A stretch of 64,000 nt of DNA from Methanomassiliicoccales archaeon. GTDB lineage: Archaea; Thermoplasmatota; Thermoplasmata; Methanomassiliicoccales; UBA472. A program made the position numbers and the translations under genes. Every line of letters begins with the position of its first letter. The first letter of the stretch is position 1. The DNA lies in the NCBI GenBank assembly GCA_036677555.1, contig JAVBWG010000011.1, positions 87,497-151,496 on the forward strand, read 5' to 3'. This document shows positions 9,046 to 18,081 of the stretch, piece by piece. Below the pieces are notes generated by a model. It saw only the letters and a list, made by a program, of their open reading frames with translations, did not search any database and was not told where the DNA came from.

Positions 9046-9774
9046 TCAAACATCAATCTCTTCTATAGGGTAATCGAGGGGCCCCCAGATAGGTGCACCG
9101 ATGTTTATTGTCGTCAAGAGTGTCAATGTATCTCTCAGCTCGGCCATACCTATCTTTTTTCGACGGAACGCCTCAATTCGCACGATGGCATAAAGAGAGA
9201 AAATTAAAACATCATTGATCAATTTCTCTTTTACTGACTCCTGAGCTCTTTCGATTTCATCCAAACCAGTTTTTATAATATTCATCGCTTCGAGCACGAT
9301 TGTTTGAGAGGTTAGTAAATACTCGAATTTTATCTGGTTCTCTGCCATTATTGTTTCCAATGCCAATTTGGAATGAAAATCAGATAAATTATTTGACATG
9401 ATATCCAAAGCCTCAGTCAGGTAGCGAATCTTTGCGTTTATCGACAGCGTATTGTATTGATTTTGGATTAAGTCGAGGGTCTTTCCCAAATTACCCACGT
9501 CTGCTATCCGCGAGTTATACTCCTTCATTCGCTCAAGAGTCACCCTCGCTGAAAAAAGGTCGGTTATGGCATCCATGAATTTTTCTATCTCATCATATCC
9601 AATATCAGATATTCTCTTTAAATGATGCTTCAGAACGCCCCGTTCTTTTACTTCACCCTCAGGAATACCAGTTAAAGGTGCTTTAAGGGCCGCGATGGTG
9701 CCGAAGACGGTCTCGATATCACTGAACGCAGCAATCTCATGATATTCTGATTGAACTGCATCGGCTCCACTCAT
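9046..9774 (-). CDS. Hypothetical alpha-helical protein, co-transcribed with the PIN-like gene
   Basis: 242-aa ORF; 9-nt gap to the next gene with a GAGGG RBS-like sequence. Confidence 0.75.
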   Translation of the reverse strand: MSGADAVQSEYHEIAAFSDIETVFGTIAALKAPLTGIPEGEVKERGVLKHHLKRISDIGYDEIEKFMDAITDLFSARVTLERMKEYNSRIADVGNLGKTLDLIQNQYNTLSINAKIRYLTEALDIMSNNLSDFHSKLALETIMAENQIKFEYLLTSQTIVLEAMNIIKTGLDEIERAQESVKEKLINDVLIFSLYAIVRIEAFRRKKIGMAELRDTLTLLTTINIGAPIWGPLDYPIEEIDV

Positions 9775-9979
9775 CTCAACGACCGTTAGAACGAACGTTC
9801 TTCCGATTATAAATAATTGTTACTATTATTCAATATTTATATAATAAATTACGCAATAGATTGCACGCTCCCATCATTATAGAATTCAAATCTATGTGGC
9901 CATTGTATCTCACAACTATGTCCGGATGTTATGCGAGGGGTGCGGGAGACGGCTGAGCTGATCATGATCAATCATTGGG

Positions 9980-10169
9980 AACCTTGACGCTTTAACTAAT
10001 TTGTTGATTTGAAATCCATCCAAACCAGCATCCTGATGTTGTGCGCCGCGATCCTCGAACATACCTCGTTTTTCCTTCCCACGTCCGAACGACACTTTAT
10101 GCGGTGGCCGAACTGGCCACCGATTATGTTGAACGTCGTCTCAGCATGATTGGCAATTAGTTCGATCAT
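9980..10169 (-). pseudogene. IS5-family DDE transposase C-terminal remnant plus terminal-repeat remnant
   Basis: Minus strand 10154-9996 translates ANHAETTFNIIGGQFGHRIKCRSDVGRKNEVCSRIAAHNIRMLV..*, matching the 'E..F...K..FG..++.R.....NE......HNI' pattern. It is followed by TTAAAGCGTCAA. Confidence 0.75.
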
Positions 10170-10248
10170 CAGATTAGATGTCGGAATTATGATTCGAGGT
10201 AAAACGAGGTGCGATACAAGCTAACAATGTTCAATCTGTATCAACTAA

Positions 10249-10274
10249 CAGTGACCGGGTTGTCCCGGTCACTG
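10249..10274. repeat. Perfect 11-bp inverted repeat / hairpin
   Basis: CAGTGACCGGG-TTGT-CCCGGTCACTG. Confidence 0.85.
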
Positions 10275-10382
10275 CAATCTTGCAACAAGGCCTTTTAAAA
10301 TAAGATATTATTATTTTTTATAGTACAGATGGCCTTATTAATTAAAAATCTATTCAAATCAGAGACCCAGGGGGTGCGTGGA

Positions 10383-10967
10383 ATGAAAAGGAAGAGGGTA
10401 GCCATTGTTGCAGTGTGCGTTGTAGCGATCATTGTATTGGCGGCCATTTTCTTTAATACAAGACCTTCAGACGATCGTGACTATGAATCGGCATGGAAGA
10501 AAGATATCATCGCCAGCAACGTTCCAATCGTGCTTCTGGGTAACAGTAGTAACTCGAATGAAATAATCGAAGTATTAACGTTCGCTACCACGAACTTCAC
10601 TCAAACCAATACAATGGATGGTCTGCTATCCCAGATTACCAGCAACAATACGATCGTGATGATCGATGCTTTTTGGGCAGAGAGCCAGAACGAGAGCGAG
10701 CTTGTTTCCTCCATGAAAACGATTCTTGATCAAGGAATACCCATCCTGACCATCGGTGAGATGCTGGACACTGTGAACAAAACCGGATATGCGATGAGCT
10801 ACGCCACTGGGCCCAACGTGGTGATATACGGTCTTAAGATATGCGAAAACGGCATAACGGCTTGCTACAACGGTGGTGGATCGATCTATAATGAGCTCGA
10901 CCTGAAGGCTGCCTTGGCAGGCGCTAACAATTGGGCTCTAGATTGGGTGTGGGACGCTTCAATATGA
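10383..10967 (+). CDS. Exported / membrane-anchored hypothetical protein
   Basis: MKRKR followed by a hydrophobic signal or anchor; many N-x-S/T sequons. The ORF track start at 10329 is probably too long. Confidence 0.75.
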   Translation: MKRKRVAIVAVCVVAIIVLAAIFFNTRPSDDRDYESAWKKDIIASNVPIVLLGNSSNSNEIIEVLTFATTNFTQTNTMDGLLSQITSNNTIVMIDAFWAESQNESELVSSMKTILDQGIPILTIGEMLDTVNKTGYAMSYATGPNVVIYGLKICENGITACYNGGGSIYNELDLKAALAGANNWALDWVWDASI

Positions 10968-10970
10968 TCT

Positions 10971-11018
10971 GGCTTTGACGCTTAACTAACGATTCCCTCG
11001 GAAATGACGGGGAGCCAG
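10971..11018 (-). mobile_element. Second IS end remnant (terminal repeat + last ~10 transposase codons)
   Basis: GGCTTTGACGCTTAACTAA nearly repeats 9984-9999 (TTGACGCTTTAACTAA). A GGCTTTG terminus is reminiscent of IS903-group IS5 ends. Confidence 0.55.
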
Positions 11019-11163
11019 TCAATTTTCATCACTAAATAATATGAGGGATTTATTGAGTTTAGCTTCAATGATTAAATTATTTAACAAGATACATATCAAG
11101 TTATTTATGTAAATATATGAATTTTTTAATGCTCCTTAGTATTTATCTACACACAGTCATTGA

Positions 11164-11430
11164 TTGTTTGCAATGATACTCTGGGGAAGTATAACCGATG
11201 CTCTATTGATTACAACTGCATGGGTGATGAGATCTGTTAATGCGATCTCAGCTCAAGCGATGAGCACGTATAATGCATTAGGTTTAGTGAAGCCAACTAT
11301 TCCATTGGTAACAAGTTCTGCTGAAACTTCCAGCAACCCCATTATAGACTATCTGATCGTAGCCATAATCGCTGGGGTCGTTATTGGCATCGTATGGTTA
11401 ATTTTGAGGTCTAGGAAGAAACGAGTCTGA
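11164..11430 (+). CDS. Small protein or fragment with a C-terminal TM anchor and basic tail
   Basis: S/T-rich linker, TM helix and RSRKKRV tail, typical of the C-terminus of a surface protein; may be a remnant. Confidence 0.4.
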   Translation: MFAMILWGSITDALLITTAWVMRSVNAISAQAMSTYNALGLVKPTIPLVTSSAETSSNPIIDYLIVAIIAGVVIGIVWLILRSRKKRV

Positions 11431-11767
11431 TAGTATCGTGTTTAGCGTTACTATGAGCCTCAAATCACACAAGGGAGCCCTTAAAGCCATCGAGATGCCG
11501 CCTCATCCTCGATCCCCAGCGCGTTATAAGGTATTGAACTTCTGATATTTAGTTGCAAACTGCCAATCACGGATTATCTCGATATTTGGTATTGAATGGA
11601 CTGAACCTCGAATCTGCAACAGACTCGGGTTTATGCAAAATTATTAAATATCAACAACCCATTTTTCTACCCAAAGTTGAAATATAAGAAAAAATGTGAT
11701 AACACCGTTAATATTCGATGCTGGCTTTAATATTTTACTGGCAAAAATAACGGTAAATATGGGGTAG

Positions 11768-11785
11768 GAATCCCGGCGGGAGCAC
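11768..11785 (+). other. tRNA 3'-end fragment (T-arm 3' side + acceptor strand), probable attachment site, tRNA-Glu-like
   Basis: GAATCCCGGCGGGAGCA resembles the archaeal tRNA-Glu end (..TTCRAATCCCGGC[C/G]GGAGCA). It is followed by a T-rich tract, has no 5' tRNA half upstream, and sits exactly at the GC shift. Confidence 0.65.
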
Positions 11786-11902
11786 TCATTGCTCATTTTT
11801 TACACCGTTGCGATCGATATACCTTTTCGGCGTTCATCACCCAATAAGAAGCACGGAAAAACAATACGTGTTGAAGGCGTTATCGCCGGACGGGTGATCG
11901 GG

Positions 11903-12634
11903 ATGGATGGGTTGGTTATCGAAACGGACCGATTGACAAGGAACTTCGGCGATGTGGTGGCGGTCGATAAGGTCTCGTTCTCAGTGAACAGGGGCGAGAT
12001 ATTCGGTCTGCTTGGTCCAAACGGCGCGGGCAAGAGCACCCTGCTGAAGCTATTGACCGGGCAGCTGGACGCCACGTCCGGTTCGTGCACCGTGCTAGGA
12101 GCGGACCCCTTCAAAGACCCTCTTGCAGTCAAGCGAGGCATAGGCATCGTGCCGGAGATCGAATCCCCACCCTCGTTCCTTACAGGACGGGAGTACCTGC
12201 ACTTCATCGGCTTGGTCCGCGGGATCGGTGACATAAAGGAACGGACCGAGGAGTGGATAGAGCGAATGGACATGAAGGAAGTGGCGACCGTTCCTTGTAA
12301 GGACCTCTCCAAAGGGACCAGGCAGAAGCTGATGGTGGCCGCCGGACTGATCCACGAACCTCAACTTGTTTTCCTGGACGAGCCGTTCTCCGGTCTGGAC
12401 CCGCGATACCAGAAACTGGTACGCGAGTATCTCCAGGGGTATCTGGAACGGGGAGGCACGGTCTTCATGTGCACCCATATACTGGAGATCGCCGAGAAGA
12501 TGTGCACCCGCCTGGCCATCATCGATCGAGGAAGGATAGTCGCCATAGGCGCCCCCGGGGCGATCGGCAAAGATGGAGAAACCCTCGACCAGGCCTTCAT
12601 GAGGGTGACCGAGAGGCAGGGGAAAGAGGAATAA
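11903..12634 (+). CDS. ABC transporter ATP-binding protein
   Basis: Walker A GPNGAGKST, signature LSKGTRQK, Walker B LVFLDEP, H-loop. Confidence 0.95.
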   Translation: MDGLVIETDRLTRNFGDVVAVDKVSFSVNRGEIFGLLGPNGAGKSTLLKLLTGQLDATSGSCTVLGADPFKDPLAVKRGIGIVPEIESPPSFLTGREYLHFIGLVRGIGDIKERTEEWIERMDMKEVATVPCKDLSKGTRQKLMVAAGLIHEPQLVFLDEPFSGLDPRYQKLVREYLQGYLERGGTVFMCTHILEIAEKMCTRLAIIDRGRIVAIGAPGAIGKDGETLDQAFMRVTERQGKEE

Positions 12635-12635
12635 G

Positions 12636-14090
12636 ATGTCCGGCTTCTCGAAGCATCTGAGCCTGGTGCGCATCTTCATCTCCGAGGAGCGTCGGCTGAA
12701 CGCCTCCATGATCGGCGGCGCGCAGTTCCTGATGTTCCCGGTGGTCATCCTGTTCATGTCGTTCGTCCTGGGCATCGCCTCCGAACAGCTGCTCAAGGAC
12801 CTTCCGTTGGAGCAGGCGTATCTGCTGCTGCACTCGGTCATCATCATCTACGGCATGAGCGTCGGGGGCCTGGCCACTTTTGGTGACCGCATCGCCGAGA
12901 GGCGCTTCGGCCCGATATCCATGGTTCTTCAGACCCCGGCGACCCAGCCGATATCGTACCGGGAGCTGTTCACCGCCTTCTACGTCAAGGAGATCATCTA
13001 CTACTTTCTGTACTCCGTGCTGCCGCTGGTCGGAGGCATCGCGCTCACCATCCCCCTCACCGGGTTCCAGCTCTCGAGCGTTCTCTTCCTGCTGCTGACG
13101 GTGACGCTGTCCTTCCTGTTCGGACTGTCGTTCTCATTCTTCCTCTCCGCCGTGCACGCCAGGTCGAGGGCGGTCCTAGGAGCTCTGCTGGGTTCCCTGG
13201 GATTGCTGGTCCTGTCAGTATCGGCGATCGGCGCCTTCGACCTGATATACCTGGTTCCATCCATGGCCTTGCAGCGCACGCACGATGCCGTCTTCCTGCT
13301 GGCAGGGCTGCTCATGTTCCTCGTCTTCTCGGCGGTGGCCCTGCGGACGGTAAATGTGACGCCCGGGAAGCATAGCCACAGGTACAAGGCTGAGATGCTG
13401 GAGAAGGCGGAACGCTTCTCCTGGTCCGGCGGATACGCTAAGCTGATGGGCAAGGAATGGATAGACCTGCTGCGCTCCCGCACCCTGGCACCGGTCCTCG
13501 GCGCCTACGTGGGACCGTTGGCGATGCTGGCAGCCCTGCTGTGGGTGCTGGAGAAGGCGCTCACCATCGATCTGGAGTTCAACATGGTCTTCTACGCGGC
13601 GATGATCGGCTTCTTCTCCGTGTCCATCTACAGCTGGCTGAACCTCCTCGATAACAACACCTTCATGGACGTTCTGCCTATCACGGTCGGTCAGGTGATT
13701 AGGACCAAGCTCATCCTTCTCTCGATCGTCGCATTGGTGACCTCGACCGCCTTCCTGTCCCTGCTCAGTTTTTTGCTGGGGGAGGCGGGAACGCTGCCCT
13801 TGGGACTGCTGGTGGCCTACGTCACCACCGCATACACGGTGACCGCCACGGCCTATCTGACCGGACTGCGCACCAACAGCTACCTGTTCGACCCGCGTGT
13901 GCTGGGTAAGTTCAGCGGGACGATCATACCGCCGCTCTGCGCCCTGGTGATTCTGTCCCTCAGCTACTCCGACAGCCCGTTCTTGTCCGGCTCGCTGATA
14001 ATGCTTGTCTGTGCCGGGATGGCCCTGGCGACCGTCCTTATGTACAGAGGGATAGGGAAGCGGTGGGACCGGGCGACGTTCGGGTTCTGA
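12636..14090 (+). CDS. ABC-2-type exporter permease
   Basis: About 12 TM segments; directly follows the ABC ATPase. Confidence 0.8.
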   Translation: MSGFSKHLSLVRIFISEERRLNASMIGGAQFLMFPVVILFMSFVLGIASEQLLKDLPLEQAYLLLHSVIIIYGMSVGGLATFGDRIAERRFGPISMVLQTPATQPISYRELFTAFYVKEIIYYFLYSVLPLVGGIALTIPLTGFQLSSVLFLLLTVTLSFLFGLSFSFFLSAVHARSRAVLGALLGSLGLLVLSVSAIGAFDLIYLVPSMALQRTHDAVFLLAGLLMFLVFSAVALRTVNVTPGKHSHRYKAEMLEKAERFSWSGGYAKLMGKEWIDLLRSRTLAPVLGAYVGPLAMLAALLWVLEKALTIDLEFNMVFYAAMIGFFSVSIYSWLNLLDNNTFMDVLPITVGQVIRTKLILLSIVALVTSTAFLSLLSFLLGEAGTLPLGLLVAYVTTAYTVTATAYLTGLRTNSYLFDPRVLGKFSGTIIPPLCALVILSLSYSDSPFLSGSLIMLVCAGMALATVLMYRGIGKRWDRATFGF

Positions 14091-14130
14091 TCGAACGCAG
14101 GCAGTGGACCCGGCGGATCACAGCACTGCC

Positions 14131-14922
14131 TCAACAGGGCCCATCGCACTCCCGGGCCTCCATGATCGTGAGGTCTATCATCCTGTTTATGAAATAGTCC
14201 ACGACCGTCCCGCTGCTTATTATGGCCCGGTGGCCGTTCCTCTCCTTGGACAGGATCACGGACACCTCCCGGTCGCAGACCATGACCATCTCGACATCGT
14301 AATCCATGCTCCTCTCCGCATCCTCCATGGCGGTGGACATGAACGGTTCGGGAGGGCTGAGCTTCCCCCGGCCGATGTTCAGCAGCTTGGCGTTTCCAAG
14401 CAGGCCGGTGAAGTCGCCGGACCCCTCCAGCATGACCACGGTCACCTTCCTTCCCTCCGAGGCGGCGGCCACATTCCTGGCGTACCGCCTGAGGTAGTCA
14501 TTGTGGATGCTGATGATGACCACCTCCCTTCTTGCCGACCCCATCATCTCGACCACCTTATGGTCTATGGCCCACTCCCCCTTGATGGTCCAGATGGGGT
14601 TGTCTCTCCGTTCGGCGGTGCTCCCCAGCTCCTCCAGAGCCCTGACCACCTCGTCCCTGGCCTTCGCCATGTCTTCGATCAGGTGGCCGAACACCTCCGC
14701 CGGGTCGTTAGCGCGATAGCAGCGGGGGTTGGTGTTACCCACCTCCACGAAGCCCTTCTCCAGAAGCCGCTCCATGACGTCGTACGCCCGGGACCGGGGC
14801 ACCTTGCTCTCATCGCTTATCTCTTTGATTGTGCCTTCGCCCAGCACCACCGTGGCGATGTACGCCTTCGCTTCGTACTCGCTCATTCCCAATCGCGTGA
14901 GGTGCTCGATGACGTCGGACAT
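14131..14922 (-). CDS. TrmB-family transcriptional regulator
   Basis: 'LGMSEYEAKAY...ISDESKVPRSRAYDVMERLLEKGFV' TrmB wHTH plus effector domain. Confidence 0.92.
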   Translation of the reverse strand: MSDVIEHLTRLGMSEYEAKAYIATVVLGEGTIKEISDESKVPRSRAYDVMERLLEKGFVEVGNTNPRCYRANDPAEVFGHLIEDMAKARDEVVRALEELGSTAERRDNPIWTIKGEWAIDHKVVEMMGSARREVVIISIHNDYLRRYARNVAAASEGRKVTVVMLEGSGDFTGLLGNAKLLNIGRGKLSPPEPFMSTAMEDAERSMDYDVEMVMVCDREVSVILSKERNGHRAIISSGTVVDYFINRMIDLTIMEARECDGPC

Positions 14923-14944
14923 GTCACTCTCGTAGTGACAACAA

Positions 14945-14958
14945 CTCTATAAATATCT
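14945..14958. promoter_or_regulatory. TATA-like element between the divergent trmB and MMPL genes
   Basis: CTATAAATATC in a 75-bp divergent intergenic region. Confidence 0.5.
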
Positions 14959-14997
14959 TCAATGTTGCCCGACCAAATCGTACAGTGGGGCGTATCA

Positions 14998-17961
14998 ATG
15001 GTATTCGACAGGTTAGCGAACACAGTCACAAAGCATTACAAGCTCATCATCGTCATCTGGGTGGCACTTCTGCTGCTCAGCGTGCCGGCCATGATGAGCC
15101 TGGACGGCGTGGTCAGCTACGACTCGGAGATGACCTCCGATGACCAGAACGAGTCGACCATCGCGGCCAAGATAATTGCAGACAACTTCCAGGGATCTGT
15201 GGCGAACAGCACCCTCATCATCGTGCTGCAGTCCGATGATATGACTACAGCGGATGCCAGGGATTTCGTTCTCCAGTTGCAGAACGATCTGATGTCCGCC
15301 GACCTGGCTTTCATGGAGGAGAACGGGATCGGCTCCATCTACAACTACGCTGGAGCTGTCATGATCATGGCGATCAACGAGCTGGGGCCCCAGATGTACG
15401 TGGCCGAGGAGCAGGTCAACCAGACCGCCTTCCTGCTCTGGGGCGTCCCGGACATGCATGTGCAGGCCTGGGATTCCTATTTCGCCTCGGATATGAACGA
15501 GACGAACGCCTCCGCCTACGCCTACTCTTCGACCATGGCGGCGCTGAACATGTACGCCTCGCAGATGGACGTTGAAAGGAGCGAAATGCTGTTCGGGTAC
15601 TACGGAGCCTTCGCCGGCGCCTGGAACTCCACCGCCCTGATCGCTGACCCGGCGGTGCGCGGGGAGACCTGCGTCGACACGGTGTTCCCCGCCTTCAATT
15701 CCAGCCTTCCGGCGGCATACCAGCCCCTGATGCAGGCCGTGAAGGGCGGGTTCGACCTGAGCACCTATGACAACCGGTCGGTGGTGCACGTCTTCACCCT
15801 GAGCATGATCTCCGGAATGTCCGGGATCTCCGACGGCGACTTCCTGCAGGACATCTATGACCTGGGGCCGAACTACACCGACCTGACCGCCCAGGTGGGC
15901 ATAGCCTCTCTTGCAGCCGAGATCGTTTCGACCCGGACATTGGACGGATATCCGATCCCCCTTCCGGCACAGCTCATCACCGGTTTCGTCTCTCCGGACA
16001 ACCGGACCATGATGCTGACCATCTCCTTCTCGGTGAGCGCCGCCTACATGACCGATGATGGCGAGACGCCCATGACCTCCATGGTCGACGACATCCGGGA
16101 AATGATCGCCGACGTAAAGGACGACACTGGCTTTGATGTCCGGACCTACGTCACCGGCGCGGCGGCCATATCCAAGGACATGGAGGAGCAGTCCGCCAGC
16201 GATATGAAGCTCATCGAGCCGATAACCATCATCGTCATCCTGGTGCTCATGGGCTACCTGTTCCGCACTGTGGTCGGGCAGTTCCTCCCGCTCGGGGCGG
16301 TGGGAGTGGCCATAGGCATCAGCCAGGCCATGGTGTTCGTGCTGGCATCCACGGTTATGGACGTCAACTACATGGTATCCACCATGCTCTTCGCCTTGCT
16401 GATGGGCGTAGGTACGGACTACTCCATCTTCATCGTCACCCGCTACCGGGAGGAGAGGATGAGGGGCGCCAACCGCGAGCAGGCCGTGCACACCGCGCTG
16501 ACCTGGGCGGGCGAGTCCGTGGCCACCAGCGCCTCTACGGTCATCATCGCGTTCCTGGCCATGGCCACCGCGGACTTCTCGTTCGTGCAGTCCCTGGGCA
16601 TAATCATCGCCGGGGCCATAGTCATCGCCCTGCTGGTGGCGCTCACGCTCATCCCGTCCATCCTGATGCTGGTCGGGAACCGGATATTCTGGCCCACCAC
16701 CGGGAAGCGCTGGGAGACGTACCGGGACAAATTCATAGCCCGCAAGGCCGCCGGCAACCACGGTTACTTCCACCGGGCGGCCACCTTCTCGGTGAACCAC
16801 GCCAAGGTGGTCCTGGTAGTGGCGGTGCTGGTCACCGTGCCCTCCACCTACATGTTCCTGACCGCCGAGACCAGCTTCGATTTCATCGGCGCCATGGGCG
16901 ACTCGGAGAGCATCGACGGCATCAAGGCCATGACCGATGACTTCGGCGCCGGCAGCATCCAGCCCACGCAGATCGTCATAACCGGTGATGTGGTGGTGTT
17001 CGACGGGACGAACTTCAACTATGCCTACCTGGACGCGATAGAAAATGTCACGGCCGCCGTGGCCGGGCAATCGGAGGTGCAGAAGGTCACCAGCATCACC
17101 CGACCCTTCGGGGAACCGCTGGATTATCGGAACCTGGGCACCCTTAACGATGAGGAGAGGAGCCAGGTCATATCGGCGATGCTGTCCAATCTGGGAGCGG
17201 ACAACCGCAGCGTGCTGCTGACGGTGATACTTGCCGAACAGCCGCAGAGCGCCGGCTCGGTCGCCTTCATCAGCGAGCTGAGGGGCGATCTGGCGGAGAT
17301 CAAGGGGAGCGAGATGCAGCTCGCCGGGTCCGAGATATATGTCGGCGGGGTCACCGCCGCCCTCTATGACACGGCGGAGTTCACCGACTCCGAGTTCAGG
17401 AACGTGGAGATCCTGGTGATCATCGGCATATTCATTGTGCTGATGATCGTCCTGGGTTCGATACTCCTGCCGGTGTTCGCGGTTATCACCATCGCCATGA
17501 GCATCAGCTGGGCCTTCGCCCTCACCTACCTGGTGTTCGGTACCATCCTCTCCCTGCCGGTGCTGTGGCTGATCCCGCTCATACTGTTCGTGATGCTGAT
17601 GGGCATCGGGATCGACTACAACATCTTCATCCTGACCAGGATACGCGAGGAGATCCACAAGGGCAAGGACACCAAAGAGGCGGTGGTGGACGCGGTGGAC
17701 TGGACCGGCGGCATCATCACCGCCCTCGCCCTGATCATGGCCGGCGCGTTCGGTGCGATGATGCTCTCCAGCAACGCCATGCTGCAGGAGTTCGGGTTCG
17801 CCCTGACCGTAGCCATCCTCCTGGACGCCATGGTGGTGCGGACCTACATCGTGCCTGCCGGCCTTGCCGTGATGGGCAAGAAGGCCTGGTGGGCCCCCGG
17901 CCGCCTGCAGCGGGAGGGGCGCGAGGAGAAGATGCGCAAGAAGAGCGAGAAGAAGGAATAA
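14998..17961 (+). CDS. MMPL/RND-family transporter
   Basis: Two repeats carrying 'GVGTDYSIFIVTRYREE' and 'GIGIDYNIFILTRIREE', with large extracellular loops. Confidence 0.93.
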   Translation: MVFDRLANTVTKHYKLIIVIWVALLLLSVPAMMSLDGVVSYDSEMTSDDQNESTIAAKIIADNFQGSVANSTLIIVLQSDDMTTADARDFVLQLQNDLMSADLAFMEENGIGSIYNYAGAVMIMAINELGPQMYVAEEQVNQTAFLLWGVPDMHVQAWDSYFASDMNETNASAYAYSSTMAALNMYASQMDVERSEMLFGYYGAFAGAWNSTALIADPAVRGETCVDTVFPAFNSSLPAAYQPLMQAVKGGFDLSTYDNRSVVHVFTLSMISGMSGISDGDFLQDIYDLGPNYTDLTAQVGIASLAAEIVSTRTLDGYPIPLPAQLITGFVSPDNRTMMLTISFSVSAAYMTDDGETPMTSMVDDIREMIADVKDDTGFDVRTYVTGAAAISKDMEEQSASDMKLIEPITIIVILVLMGYLFRTVVGQFLPLGAVGVAIGISQAMVFVLASTVMDVNYMVSTMLFALLMGVGTDYSIFIVTRYREERMRGANREQAVHTALTWAGESVATSASTVIIAFLAMATADFSFVQSLGIIIAGAIVIALLVALTLIPSILMLVGNRIFWPTTGKRWETYRDKFIARKAAGNHGYFHRAATFSVNHAKVVLVVAVLVTVPSTYMFLTAETSFDFIGAMGDSESIDGIKAMTDDFGAGSIQPTQIVITGDVVVFDGTNFNYAYLDAIENVTAAVAGQSEVQKVTSITRPFGEPLDYRNLGTLNDEERSQVISAMLSNLGADNRSVLLTVILAEQPQSAGSVAFISELRGDLAEIKGSEMQLAGSEIYVGGVTAALYDTAEFTDSEFRNVEILVIIGIFIVLMIVLGSILLPVFAVITIAMSISWAFALTYLVFGTILSLPVLWLIPLILFVMLMGIGIDYNIFILTRIREEIHKGKDTKEAVVDAVDWTGGIITALALIMAGAFGAMMLSSNAMLQEFGFALTVAILLDAMVVRTYIVPAGLAVMGKKAWWAPGRLQREGREEKMRKKSEKKE

Positions 17962-17970
17962 ACGCCAACC

Positions 17971-18003
17971 AGGGCGGCCGGACCGGCCGCCCTCTCTCTT
18001 TAT
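17971..18003 (+). terminator. Hairpin + pyrimidine tract after the MMPL gene
   Basis: AGGGCGGCCGG-A-CCGGCCGCCCT followed by CTCTCTTTAT. Confidence 0.65.
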
Positions 18004-18081
18004 TCAATGCCAATCCTTGTCATTCCATGATTTAAATCCTCAGCAGGCGTTCCTGGAACGTTCGTCAGGGAAGGTGTTCAC

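Larger units (their letters stand above)
1..11785. mobile_element. Right part of an integrated element / defence island (left end lies outside the window)
   Basis: Visibly lower GC than downstream DNA. Cargo is defence, TA and IS genes. Ends at a tRNA 3' fragment, after which GC-rich housekeeping genes begin. Confidence 0.75.

Noticed and set aside
15013..17658. Long antisense ORFs (881 aa here; also 39145-42075, 23149-25023 and others)
   Set aside because: Shadow frames of GC3-rich genes with no recognisable motifs.
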